Source: an uncultured Clostridia bacterium
GTDB lineage: Bacteria > Bacillota > Clostridia > Christensenellales > Aristaeellaceae
Length of the DNA: 53,882 nt
Assembly: GCA_945877525.1 (NCBI GenBank)
Contig: CAMDVP010000001.1
Span: 1-53,882, forward strand
Reading direction: 5' to 3'
The notes beneath the pieces are model-generated. The model was given only the letters and a program-made list of their open reading frames with translations. It did no database searches and was not told the origin of the DNA. Shown piece after piece: positions 1-11,000 of the stretch (position 1 is its first letter; the number at the start of each line of letters is the position of its first letter). A program made the position numbers and the translations under genes.

Positions 1-169
1 TAGAGCTTTGGACACTCTATTTACCGGTCGAGTGTATTGTAGCAAGCAATGCAATCGTCGGACTTTTTGCATTTTGCTTGTTGGTGGTCCTGCCCCCAAG
101 CCCCTGTAATGCAGAGCAAGCTCTGCGGTTGTGAAGAATTCCTGCGGCATTCTTCGGTTGGGCTTGCGC

Positions 170-228
170 CCAAAAACGAAAAGAAACCCTATGGCTATCA
201 CGCTAATCTGCGTTCGTAGTCATAGGGC
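170..228 (-). terminator. Probable intrinsic terminator after the relaxase gene
   Basis: Minus-strand CCCTATG...CATAGGG stem (227->187) with partly paired interior, followed by TTTCTTTTCGTTTTT, directly downstream of the stop at 235. Confidence 0.45.
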
Positions 229-234
229 TTCGCT

Positions 235-1671
235 TCATCTGTTTTTTCCGGTAGTGCTTTGTACGTGTTCAAGCTCGGTATCCCGCATCCGCTGGGTCTG
301 TTCTTCTTCAAATCGTTCATCATCCAGAAGGGTATCCATATTCGATTTAATGTGCCGGAGATTCTTGAGTTCTTCACTCAGTTGAGATAGCTGCTCACCG
401 GCTTGCCTCTTCTGACTGAGCAAAAGGGCATATTCTTCCGACAGATCAGAAAGCGTAGGCAGTTTGCCACCGGCAACACTGTACACAGTCTGTGCTTCTT
501 TGTGAGCTTCAATATCTGCTTTGTGCTCACGATAGAACGCAGGCGACCATCCGGACTCCCGGTATTGGGTGTAAACGTCTTTGGTTCTTCGATACACCAG
601 AATTGCTTTTTTCTGCTTGCTGATTTCCTGCATACGAGCTTGTGCTGTACTGATTGTGCTTTTCAGTTCCGTTCTTCTGTCTACCGCAGATTGAATCTTG
701 TGCTCAAGCTCAGCGTAGGAACTGATGTGGTTGTCGATGAGATAGAGCATCGAAGATGCCATGACATCGGTATTGTGTCTTTCTGCCCAGCGCTCATATC
801 CTTTTCCTTTCCCGGCTCTCATCTTGGCTTCGATGTTGATGAGCAGTTCAATCTGAGCATGAGGCATTTTGCCCCTGGCCTGTTTTGGGATATGTACATG
901 CTTGCCGGCGAGAGTCATGCGCAATGCTTCTTCCGAATATTCTGCACCCAGAGTATCCAACCTGATATAGCGTTTGCCTCCTGGCGGCTTAATGCTGATC
1001 TGTGCACCACGTTTTATCCAGCAACCTGCATCTTCAAGAAGCTGTATCAGAGCATCAAAGCCTTCTGGCTGCATCCGAAGTGCAGCATCGATAGACATTC
1101 GCAAGATGTTCCGTGAAGAGATTTCACCTTTTGTCATAAGCTCCTGATCATATGGTTTGCTCTGGCTGTTCGGCTCATTGATTACAGACAGATTATGCTC
1201 GGCACAAATCTGATCGCTAAGCTTAGCCAGTAAACGGTCGGAACGATATACATTCCTGAACTTGTGCGTGCAATCCAGGGTTGTTGCGCAAAACACTATA
1301 TGATTGTGAATGTGTCGGCGGTCGTTATGGGTAGCAACGATAAACGCATGATCACCTCTCAGAAACTGGGATGCCAGTTCGTAACCGATTTGGTTCGCCT
1401 CTTCAGGTGTTACCTCGCCCGGCTTAAAGGATTGGCGCAACTGATAAGCGATGACTTCGTTACGATGTGTTCTTCCAGTCGTAGCCAGATACTCATTTCG
1501 GGCAAGAAGGAATTCTGCATCCGCTGTCTCCGGGGAACAGGCATATGCAGTAATCAGCTCTCCGCCATTGGTCTTCTCTGGATTTTTGACATAATCGATT
1601 CGTGCCTTCAGGCTTTGGCTTATGGTTTTGCCTTTGTTATTATGCATCGGAATGATCCGGGTTGTTGCCAT
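235..1671 (-). CDS. Conjugative relaxase, MobA/VirD2 (Relaxase/mobilisation nuclease) family
   Basis: N-terminus MATTRIIPMHNNKGK and histidine triad HNDRRHIHNHIVF. ATG at 1671 is preceded by GGAGGA; the track ORF extends 15 codons further upstream without an SD. Confidence 0.9.
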   Translation of the reverse strand: MATTRIIPMHNNKGKTISQSLKARIDYVKNPEKTNGGELITAYACSPETADAEFLLARNEYLATTGRTHRNEVIAYQLRQSFKPGEVTPEEANQIGYELASQFLRGDHAFIVATHNDRRHIHNHIVFCATTLDCTHKFRNVYRSDRLLAKLSDQICAEHNLSVINEPNSQSKPYDQELMTKGEISSRNILRMSIDAALRMQPEGFDALIQLLEDAGCWIKRGAQISIKPPGGKRYIRLDTLGAEYSEEALRMTLAGKHVHIPKQARGKMPHAQIELLINIEAKMRAGKGKGYERWAERHNTDVMASSMLYLIDNHISSYAELEHKIQSAVDRRTELKSTISTAQARMQEISKQKKAILVYRRTKDVYTQYRESGWSPAFYREHKADIEAHKEAQTVYSVAGGKLPTLSDLSEEYALLLSQKRQAGEQLSQLSEELKNLRHIKSNMDTLLDDERFEEEQTQRMRDTELEHVQSTTGKNR

Positions 1672-1737
1672 ACGTTCCTCCATAAAAAGAAAAGCGGCGA
1701 TCTGTGATGCACACAAACCGCCGCAGACAAGTGATGT

Positions 1738-2028
1738 TCAGCATACTAAGCCCTCGAAGAACCCGATGAGATGATCCAGAAGGTTCAGAAGAAGGTTGGC
1801 GATTGCCGGCAATCCAATAGGGCTTGCCAGAAACGCGAGAACCATGAACGCAATCCCGTTCTGCCAATAGCCAATGAAGAACTCGATCACAGAAAGGAGA
1901 GCGAACAACGATACGGATATTCCCAGCACCGACGAGGCGATAGAAGTAATGAATGCTGCCAGCCCAAGCATCAGGCGAATGGCCAGCATCACAGGGGCTA
2001 AAGTGATTCTCAGCGCAGTCTTCATCAA
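1738..2028 (-). CDS. Small polytopic membrane protein, unknown function
   Basis: 96 aa, almost entirely hydrophobic with about three TM segments, placed between mobC and the relaxase gene. Confidence 0.55.
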   Translation of the reverse strand: MMKTALRITLAPVMLAIRLMLGLAAFITSIASSVLGISVSLFALLSVIEFFIGYWQNGIAFMVLAFLASPIGLPAIANLLLNLLDHLIGFFEGLVC

Positions 2029-2043
2029 GATTATCCTCCTTTT

Positions 2044-2382
2044 TCATTCAGAGCGGTCGAGAAGGGCAAGCAGCTGGTGCATCATCACCCAAAGCTCATT
2101 CTGCTTTTGCTGGACTTCCTCGATCTCTGTTTCGTACATTTGCCCATGTGCGTTCAGGCGCTTGGCAATCTGATTGAGGTTGTTGGTCATGTTACTGAGC
2201 AACCTTGTCATCTCACGAATCTGTGGCAAGTCCAGTTTGAGGATGTATCCGTTCAGGGCCATAGCCCGCATGTAAGCAGACTCATTTCTGATTCCAAGAG
2301 CTTCCATCTTCCTTCGGATCGTTTCTGCTTCAGCCTCAGTTGTCTTGAACGTGTGCTTAATCAGTCGCTTTTCTTTTTCCAT
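2044..2382 (-). CDS. mobC: MobC-type relaxosome accessory protein
   Basis: Motif NNLNQIAKRLNAHG is typical of the bacterial mobilisation protein MobC. ATG at 2382 (MEKEKR) follows GGAGAG. Confidence 0.8.
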   Translation of the reverse strand: MEKEKRLIKHTFKTTEAEAETIRRKMEALGIRNESAYMRAMALNGYILKLDLPQIREMTRLLSNMTNNLNQIAKRLNAHGQMYETEIEEVQQKQNELWVMMHQLLALLDRSE

Positions 2383-2387
2383 CCAGA

Positions 2388-2867
2388 TTATCTCTCCAGA
2401 TTGTCCTTTCTGCAAGGCTGTCGCCGGGGCGGAGAAGGCATGGATCGTTCATGCTTTGGGGTAGATCGTCTGGCAAAGGCTTCGGCGATCTTCTGCAAAG
2501 CGCTGTCCCGGACAGCTTCCATCCTGACTGCAAGCTGCTCAGCCTCTCCGGATGTGAGCAGTTCCAGATTCTCGCCGGTCGTTCGCACAATCACCGCGTT
2601 GCCCATGATGGGATCGCCATGCTGCTCTGTTCCATATAGCGCGCTCGCTATAGCATTGATGAGTGCTCCGCCGGGCTTGAGCTTGCCTTCCTCGTCAATC
2701 ATCATCAGCAGTCTGTCTTTTGCCAGCGGTTCGGCTTCGACGAGTTCGATCCAATCGCAGCCGATGGCCTCCCTGCCAATGTCAAATATGTCCTTGCCGG
2801 AATTGCACGACATGATCTTTACGTCCTGCGTCTCCGTGAGCAGGACGGCATATCGCTTTTCATCCAT
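2388..2867 (-). CDS. DUF3846-like ICE protein
   Basis: IDEEGKLK and GNAVIV motifs as I recall them for DUF3846. ATG at 2867 follows GAGGTGG; the track start at 2879 is a GTG. Confidence 0.6.
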   Translation of the reverse strand: MDEKRYAVLLTETQDVKIMSCNSGKDIFDIGREAIGCDWIELVEAEPLAKDRLLMMIDEEGKLKPGGALINAIASALYGTEQHGDPIMGNAVIVRTTGENLELLTSGEAEQLAVRMEAVRDSALQKIAEAFARRSTPKHERSMPSPPRRQPCRKDNLER

Positions 2868-2880
2868 GTAGATATCCACC

Positions 2881-3951
2881 TCATCTTTCTATGTCATGCG
2901 TCTTTCGTTTGGCTGCTTTCGCAGCGGGAGCAGCTTCCTGAATAGCGTCTTTCTTCACAGTAGGATTCTGACGTTCCCGGATTTCTCTGCGAGCCTGCCA
3001 GATGAAGCCATCCAGCACGGCAGGATGAGAGTCAACGATGTAGTCGCTTCTGCGATCCAAGCCGCTTGCCGACTGTCCTTCCGGCAGATGCACAGAGAAT
3101 GCCCAATCCTTGTTGGAAGAAGAAAAGCGGCCATCCCAGGATTTGTACTGCACAGTTGCCGCAAGCACGATGGAGACGCGCTCTGCACCATACTGGTCGA
3201 GTACCTCCTGGGCCGTCTCTTTGTCCAGGTGCATCCCGTCGAAATGGCGAGATATGGCGTCCTGAATATCATTCTTGCAGGCGATATTCGTGCGATGGGA
3301 GAGTCGGAAAAGCTCCAGCTCGCCGTTCTCGCGCGCATACGCTGCGGTTTCGTAGTATACGGGGGTTTTGTTGATCGGGTCCATATTTCCCTCCTGTTTG
3401 GTTTTCTGATCCTGCAGGTACACTCTTACAACTTCCTGTTTTTCTTGCTCGGCACCAGAGAGAAGAACATCCAGCTGATACTCCACCTCATCCAGATGAC
3501 GGATTGCTTCAAGAAAACACGGGTGAAGATCATCGTCCGGTGTCTGCGGCGCGAACTCTTCCTTCCACTGCACCAACTGGTTTCTGTACGCTGCCAACTC
3601 ATGATAGCAGTAGGATACCTGATGATGAAATCTCTCCGCATCGCTCACCGTTATTGGCGTTTTTGGCTTTGGCGATTTCTCAGGTTCATCGACGACTGCG
3701 ATACCGAAATCGGATGCAATCTTCAATGCAGCATTCCTTGGAGACAGGTCAAACAGACGGGCTGCAAAGTCAACCACATCGCCATCTGCATGACACCCAA
3801 AGCAATGAAAGCGTTTATCGACCTTCATGCTTGGATCATGATCAGAATGGAATGGACATCTGCACATGCCATTTCTACCAACGGGGACGCCATAATGCTC
3901 TGCTGCCTCTCTGGTGGTAACTGCTTTTTTCACTGAATCAAATAGGGACAT
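2881..3951 (-). CDS. CHC2 (primase-type) zinc-finger protein with DUF3849-like C-terminal domain
   Basis: CRCPFHSDHDPSMKV...FHCFGCHADGDVVDF is the CHC2 zinc-finger signature. No TOPRIM catalytic domain is evident. Confidence 0.75.
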   Translation of the reverse strand: MSLFDSVKKAVTTREAAEHYGVPVGRNGMCRCPFHSDHDPSMKVDKRFHCFGCHADGDVVDFAARLFDLSPRNAALKIASDFGIAVVDEPEKSPKPKTPITVSDAERFHHQVSYCYHELAAYRNQLVQWKEEFAPQTPDDDLHPCFLEAIRHLDEVEYQLDVLLSGAEQEKQEVVRVYLQDQKTKQEGNMDPINKTPVYYETAAYARENGELELFRLSHRTNIACKNDIQDAISRHFDGMHLDKETAQEVLDQYGAERVSIVLAATVQYKSWDGRFSSSNKDWAFSVHLPEGQSASGLDRRSDYIVDSHPAVLDGFIWQARREIRERQNPTVKKDAIQEAAPAAKAAKRKTHDIER

Positions 3952-3970
3952 CAGTCACCTCGAATGTATA

Positions 3971-3997
3971 GAAAAAGCGCCGCATTGCTGCGACGCT
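3971..3997 (-). terminator. Intrinsic terminator after the chagasin-like gene
   Basis: Minus strand reads AGCGTCGCAG-caa-TGCGGCGCT followed by TTTTTCT, about 30 nt after the stop at 4030. Confidence 0.6.
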
Positions 3998-4029
3998 CAT
4001 GATTGATAAGCCGTTGTTCAGAGTCCCTT

Positions 4030-5028
4030 TCATTCCATTGTGCCAGATGCCCGCTTGAGTTTTGCGGTCAGCTTCCAGAATTCCTCATCATGAATCAGAT
4101 TGTAGTTGACTCCATCCTTTGACAGCCAGTGCCCATTGAAGGCAACCGTCCAGCACTGGCCATCTGCGCTGGTCATGCGCAATACGGGGTCCCAGTCTGT
4201 CACATACACATCGCTGACATCCCCGATTTCCATCGCCAGCACAGCATCCAGTATCTTCTGAATTTTATCAGGATCATCCGTGGAATACTCCGGGGCAAGG
4301 CTGGAATAACCATCGGAGAACGAAACGGAGACAATGGGATTGTCATCCGTCACCTGGCTCAAAAACGTGCTCAATCCCGTCATCTCCGCAAAAGAAGATG
4401 ACTGCACCGTCTCAGCCTCATTTCTGGCATCCACAGGGGGAATGCAGCACCATGCGAGCACATTCATCATTGCCGGCAAAGAAAGCGTCATTGTTCCATC
4501 CGTGTAGATCACAATCTGTTCATCCACAGTAGGCAAACTCATCTCCGGGGTAAAGCGCGCCAGGATTTCGCCAATCGTGTCATGCGCAATCAATGCGGTA
4601 TGCTCTGCCTCATCAATCGAGAGCACTGTGCCCTGCAGAACGCTAGTTTCCGTCACATCCATCAGGGACAGATTCAGCGCCTGATCCACGACAGCCAAGT
4701 AGACCTTCTGCTCCAGCGACGTATTCTCCCAGCTGCGGCGATAGTCAAAGGTGATGATGCTGCGCCCGGGCTTTACGGCAGTCACCACATACTGCGTTTG
4801 ACCTCCGGCTCCGCAAAGCATACCGGTCTGATCATCCGGGATATAGGTTCCTTCCGCACCGTCAAGCTGTACAGATTCTCCACCCAACACAAAGCCCACC
4901 CAGGAATAGCCGGTGGTGGGATTGGCGTCAAAGGAGAGAATCTCCGTATAAGCTGTGTCCGAAGACTCAGCCATCGCGCAGGATAACGTCAGCAGAACGG
5001 CTGACAGGAGTGCAATCCATTTCTTCAT
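4030..5028 (-). CDS. Secreted or lipoprotein-like protein with N-terminal chagasin-family (MEROPS I42) cysteine-peptidase inhibitor domain
   Basis: Signal peptide MKKWIALLSAVLLTLSCAMA. All three chagasin loop motifs are present: NPTTGYSW, GAGG and RRSW. The roughly 200-aa C-terminal part is unassigned. Confidence 0.75.
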   Translation of the reverse strand: MKKWIALLSAVLLTLSCAMAESSDTAYTEILSFDANPTTGYSWVGFVLGGESVQLDGAEGTYIPDDQTGMLCGAGGQTQYVVTAVKPGRSIITFDYRRSWENTSLEQKVYLAVVDQALNLSLMDVTETSVLQGTVLSIDEAEHTALIAHDTIGEILARFTPEMSLPTVDEQIVIYTDGTMTLSLPAMMNVLAWCCIPPVDARNEAETVQSSSFAEMTGLSTFLSQVTDDNPIVSVSFSDGYSSLAPEYSTDDPDKIQKILDAVLAMEIGDVSDVYVTDWDPVLRMTSADGQCWTVAFNGHWLSKDGVNYNLIHDEEFWKLTAKLKRASGTME

Positions 5029-5092
5029 AGTCTCACGACCTCCTCCACATCTTCAATTATATAGACGATAATGGGCTGGAATAGGTTCCCAT

Positions 5093-8000
5093 TTAGCGCT
5101 CATTATCAGAATGCGAAATGTCCTTTTGCCGAGTACCGGATGATCTGTCCATGTTCAGCGCCGCGTCCAGCTCTGCCAGTCGTGCGCTCTTGGTTCTCAG
5201 TTCAGCTTCCTGCGGGAAGGGTTTCCCGGCTTCCGTCCTGGCTGCTTCAATCTGTTGCCTGATGGTCGTAAGGTGCTCCGTTGTGGCTGCCAGCCTCTTG
5301 GGAATCTGCGCGATGGCGTTATCAAGACGTGTGATATTGCCTCGCGCATCGTTGCCGACCTCCATCGGATGCGAAACAGCGCCGTGCAGCGTGAGTACGA
5401 ATTTGTTGATGAAGGAATCAAACTGTACGCGCATGGGCAGCCCGCGATAGGAGCCAAACTCGACCGGCGCGCCCTTGGCAGCATCCTTGCAGGCCGCGAG
5501 GATGGCCTTGCCCGCTTCTTCCTTGTCCGTGATCAGCTTGTCGCCCACAGTCATGCCCACGAAATCCTCCTGCGGGAGCGGATGCGCCTCAATGGTGGCA
5601 ATGTCCTTTTGGAAACCGGCGATAAGCTGCGTATCCCGCTCAACCTCTTGGGGGAAGTATTTGAGCAGCTGATCTTCCAACCTGAACTGCTTGCTCTGGT
5701 GGTCTGCCTTCATCAGCTTCAGACGTGCTACGTCCACATCCAGATCCATCTTCTCTTTGATTCGCGGGTCGCCGGCGCATAGCGCTTTGATTTCCGCATA
5801 GGAGAGCGCCGTCTCATCCATGTCCTCGCAGGAACGAACGGGGCTTTTGCTGGTCATGATCTGAGAAATGAACTTCTGCTTATTCTCAACCGTCTGCCAG
5901 AGATACGCATCAAACGTCGCCTCCGTGACATAGCGGAAGATGGACACCTCCGGGTTCATGTTGCCCTGACGGACAATACGTCCAGCCCGCTGTTCCAAAT
6001 CGCCGGGACGCCACGGACAGTCGAGATCATGTAGCGCGATTAGTCTATCCTGCACGTTGGTACCCGCCCCCATCTTGGCAGTGCTGCCCATGAGCACACG
6101 CACCTGACCGGAGCGCACCTTGGCGAACAGCTCCTTCTTCTTGACTTCTGTATTGGCTTCATGGATGAAGGCAATCTGCTCGGCAGGAACACCGTGGGCG
6201 ATGAGCTTTTCCCGAATGTCGTCATAGACGTTGAAGGTGTTTTCCTGTGATGGTTCATCCGCAAGAAAGGGTTCGCTTCCATTTTGCGTAGTAGTCGCTG
6301 CACCTGTACCCTTGGGCGTGGAAATATCGCAGAAGACGAGCTGGGTCAGCTTATCCTCCTGACCGGCTTCCCAGATGCGCAGGATGTTGCTGACGCAGGC
6401 GTTGACCTTGCTGGCCGGATCATCCGGCAGCAGCGGATTGATGAGACGCTGATCGAGGCCGAGCTTGCGCCCGTCGCTGGTGATCTTGAGCATGTTGTCC
6501 ACCGTGGGATCGACCTGCTTATTATGGACTGCCGCTGCGCGTTCGGAAAGTGCCTGCACCATTTCCTCCTGCTGCGCGGTGGGCTTGACCACGACCGTTT
6601 CGTATTTCACATCGGGTGTCGGGAGCTGGAGCTGATCCGCCGTCTTGATGTCAGCGACCTCGCGGAAGACGTTCATCAGCTCAGGCAGGTTGAAGAACTT
6701 CGCAAAGCGCGTGCGCGCCCGATAGCCTGTGCCCTCAGGAGCCAGCTCAATCGCTGTCGTGGTTTCGCCAAAGGTGGACGCCCAGCAATCGAAGTGCGTC
6801 ATGCCGCTGCGCTGCAAAGCGCCGTATTGCAGATAGCGCTGCATCGTATACAGCTCCGTCATGGAGTTGCTCACGGGCGTGCCTGTGGCGAAGATGATGC
6901 CGCGCCCGCCGGTCAGCTCGTCCATGTAGCGGCACTTCATGTACATGTCGCTGGATTTCTGCGCCTCGGAGGTAGAAATGCCCGCCACGTTGCGCATTTT
7001 GGTGTATAAAAATAAGTTTTTGTAGCTGTGCGCCTCGTCCACATACAGCCGATCTACACCGAGCTGCTCAAAGGTAACGACATCATCCTTGCGTTCCTCG
7101 GCGCGCAGCTTTTCGAGCTTGAGCTCCAGCTGCTTTCTGGATTTCTCCAGCTGCTTGATGGAAAAGCGCTCGCCGTTGTTGCTTTTCAGCTCCTCGATGC
7201 CCTCCATGATTTCGGCAATCTCGTCCTGGAGCAGCTGCTCCTGACGCTCATGCGAGACAGGGATTTTCTCAAACTGCGAGTGACCAATGATCACCGCGTC
7301 ATAATCGCCCGTGGCAATTCTCGCACAGAATTTCTTTCGGTTGCCAGTCTCAAAATCCTTTTTCGTCGTAACCAGAATGTTGGCGGAAGGGTAAAGACGC
7401 AGGAACTCGGAAGCCCACTGCTCCGTCAGGTGATTGGGCACGACGAACATGCTTTTTTGGCACAGGCCAAGCCGCTTGCTTTCCATGGCAGCCGCTACCA
7501 TCTCGAACGTCTTGCCCGCGCCCACCTGATGGGCAAGCAGCGTGTTGCCGCCGTACAGGACATGGGCGACAGCGTTCCGCTGGTGTTCCCGCAGAGAAAT
7601 CTCCGGGTTCATGCCAGCGAAAACAATATGGCTGCCGTCGTATTCGCGTGGACGAACAGAGTTGAACAGCTCATTGTACTGCGTCACCAGCGTCTGCCGC
7701 CGCTCAGGGTCTTTCCAGATCCATTCGCGGAAGGCATCCTTGATCGCCTGCTGCTTCTGCTGCGCGAGGGTAGTCGCTTTCTGGTTGAGCACGCGCTGCT
7801 CTTTTCCGTCCGCATCCTGCACAGTGTCGTAGATGCGCACATCCCGCAGGTTCAGCGTATCCTCCAGAATCTTGTAGGCATTGGCCCTGTCCGTACCGTA
7901 GGTGGTATACGCGGCGACATTGGAGCGGGACACGACATTCTTGCCGTTGATGCGCCACTCGGCGGTATGGGGCGAGAAGTGTACCTCGATGGCACGGCGC

Positions 8001-11000
8001 TGGTAATACGGGGTATTGAGCAGCTCGTACATGAAGTCCTGAATGTACTCCGGCGCGATCCACGTCGCGCCCAGCCGCACGTCAATGTCGGACGCCTCCA
8101 AATCCTTGGGCTGTGCGGCTTCCAGCGCCGTCACATTGGGCTGAAAGGCAGCGTCCGACTGCACAGCGGTTCTGGCCTCGCGCAGCTTTTGCCGCACATT
8201 GCCGGACAGGTATTCATCTGCCGTCACATACTGCGCCTCGGTGCCGGGGATTCGGAAGATGACGCCTGTCAGCTCCTGAACGATGTCCTCCTCGCTTTTC
8301 CCGGTCAGCTGGGCCATATAGCCGAGGTCAACCCTGGCGCGCTCCCCGATGGACACCGCCAGAGCATCAGCAGAGGTGTCCACATGATCGACGCTGCGCT
8401 GCTGCTTGATCGTCCGCTTTGTAAACATATCCGCCTTCCGCAGCAGCTTGTGATCATCATCGAGGATTTCGAGCGAGCAGAGCAGGTAGTAGGAGGAATC
8501 CGAGGAAAACGCAAGGCGGTTTGCACGGTCATTAATGAGGCCAAAGCGTGCGGAGAAGCTGTCATACAGAGTATTCAGCTCCTGCTGAAGCTGCTCAATT
8601 TCCCCGTCGCCGTGCTCATCGAGCTGCGCGTCGATCAGCTTGCGCACCTGATCCCGCAGGGCAATCATCCCCTTGACGCGCTCCTGCGCCGTCTGATTCA
8701 GGTGTGGCTTCACCATGCGGCTGTTCTCGCGGTAATAGACGGTGCCGTCGATCACCGTATACGAGAAGTTGCGCACGTCGGGATCAGCGGGAATGGATTC
8801 ATCTATCGCTTCATTGTCGCCCAGATCGGGCAGCGCCGCTTCCTGATAGGTGCCGTGGATATGGCCAATTGCCTCATGCAGCTGATCTGCGAGGCTCACG
8901 CCCTCTTTCGGGAGAACGGTGAAGCTCTCCCGGCCGTACTGCGTATTCTCCTTCGCCAGCGTGCCCAGAATCATCTCCGGGTGCTGAACAAAGTAGCTGT
9001 TCATGGTCAAGCCATCTGCGTCTTCACCCACATGCACCCAGTCCGGCTCAATCTCGATGGCTCGATCCCGCTTTTGCAGGAAGATGATGTCCGAAACGAC
9101 TTCTGTGCCCGCGTTGGCGCGAAAGGCGTTGTTGGGCAGCCTGATCGCGCCCAGCAGCTCCGCACGCTGCGCGATATATCTGCGCACCTCCGGGGACTGC
9201 TGATCCATCGTGTAGCGGGAGGTGACAAAGGCAATCACGCCGCCCGGGCGCACCTGGTCGATGGCCTTGGCAAAAAAGTAATTATGAATGGAAAAACCGA
9301 GCTTATTGTAAGCCCGGTCGTTGACCTGATAGTTGCCAAAGGGCACATTGCCGATGGCGAGGTCGAAGAAGTCGCGCCTGTCCGTCGTTTCAAAGCCCGC
9401 GACGGTGATGTTGGCCTTGGGATAAAGCTGCTGTGCGATGCGCCCTGTGATACTGTCCAGCTCTACGCCGTACAGGCGACTGGCCTGCATTCCTTCCGGC
9501 AGCATTCCGAAGAAATTTCCAACGCCCATCGACGGCTCCAGAATGTTGCCGCCGGTGAAGCCCATCTGCGCGACAGCATCGTACATCGCCCGAATGACGA
9601 CAGGGCTGGTGTAGTGTGCGTTGAGCGTCGAGGCGCGCGCCGCCTCGTATTCCTGCGGTGTGAGTATGGCGGCAAGTTGCCGGTATTCATCTGCCCACGC
9701 CGGCTTGTCGGGGTCAAAGGCATCTGCCAGACCGCCCCAGCCCACATAGCGCGAGAGCACCTCCTGCTCCTGCGGCGTTGCTGCACGTCCTTCAGCTTCA
9801 ATCTGCTTGAGCGTTCGGATGGCGGCAAGGTTGTTGCCATACTTGGCCTTCGCACCGCCCTCGCCGAGATGATCATCCGTGATGCGGAAGTTCTCTGCAG
9901 CAGGCTGAGTTGGCTGATGATGTGCAGGTTCTTCCACGCGAAGCCGCTCAATGACCACATCATAGGGCAAGCCGTTTTTCTCACCCGGATAGACGGCTTC
10001 CGTTTCTGTTGTAAATGTGTGTCCTTCTTTTACAGAGTCAGACGAAAGCAGACCCGTATTGCGCTCATCCAACATCAGCAACTGTTCAAAGCGCTCGATG
10101 CTCTCTGAGCGGAAGATGGGATAAGCCTGAGAAGGGTCCTGAAGCTGTATATTGAAATGCCCGATCTGGGTAATGACGAAGGGGCGGTCATCCAGATAGA
10201 CGGTATCGCCGACCTTGTACGGGTGCTCCTGCGCAGCGTATTCGGATGAACCCTCTCCTTCGTTTTGAGCAGGAGATTCTGTGCTATCCCGCTCAGCCTG
10301 AAGCTGCTCCGCCAGCTCCGTTACCTGCTGAATGAACGGGCTGTCTCTGAGTGCTTCCTCATCCACAACCTCGCCATTGACGATGCCCGCGTCAGCCAGA
10401 TGCTCACGCACGGCTTCGGTGTCGATGGATTCGTCATCATCCGGCATTTCTACGTTCGCTTCTACGCCATCCGAGAAATCAGATTCCGGAGCAGGCTCGT
10501 TCGTTTCGGTTTGTACTTCCTCGGCTTCCTGGAACACTCCGATGCTTTCCAGTTCCTTTGGCGTCATATACCGGTCACGCGCGATCATGACGTCAATCCG
10601 CTTTACCACCTGCGCCCAGCTGAGCTGAACAGGCGGGCAGCCTTCCTTTTCCAGTTTGATGCCCTTGCCGTCATGGCTTTCTCCGCTGCGGTCAGAGCCT
10701 GACACCGCATGGGAGCGCCCGCCGATGCCATACTCTTCTTTCAGAAAATCCGCCTTTTCCTTGGGCGTATGCGCGGGATATGCCGTAAAGAAGCGATAGA
10801 TTCTGCCCTTGCCGCCAGCCATGCTGCTCCCACTGGCAAGCTGCGCATCTATCTCATCCTCGGTGATGAAGGCTGCCGGCCTTGCCACCTCCGTCAGCAG
10901 GGATTCGTATTCCCTGCGGGGAAGGGCAAGCTCTCTGAGCGACCGAGCCAGTGCAGCCGGGTTGTGGAAACGGAATCGCAGGAGATTTCGGTTTTGCGCA

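Noticed and set aside
1-234. The left-edge inverted repeats (GCAGAGC-aa-GCTCTGC at 111-126; GAAGAAT...ATTCTTC at 133-155) as an element end or att site.
   Set aside because: No matching sequence was found at the right edge beyond int, and the repeats are short. The element boundary probably lies outside the window.
7028-10108. A 1,026-aa plus-strand ORF antisense to the polyvalent gene.
   Set aside because: It is fully antisense to a gene with clear methylase and helicase motifs. The product is Arg/Leu/His/Gly-rich with no motif. Long open antisense frames are expected in G+C-rich coding DNA.
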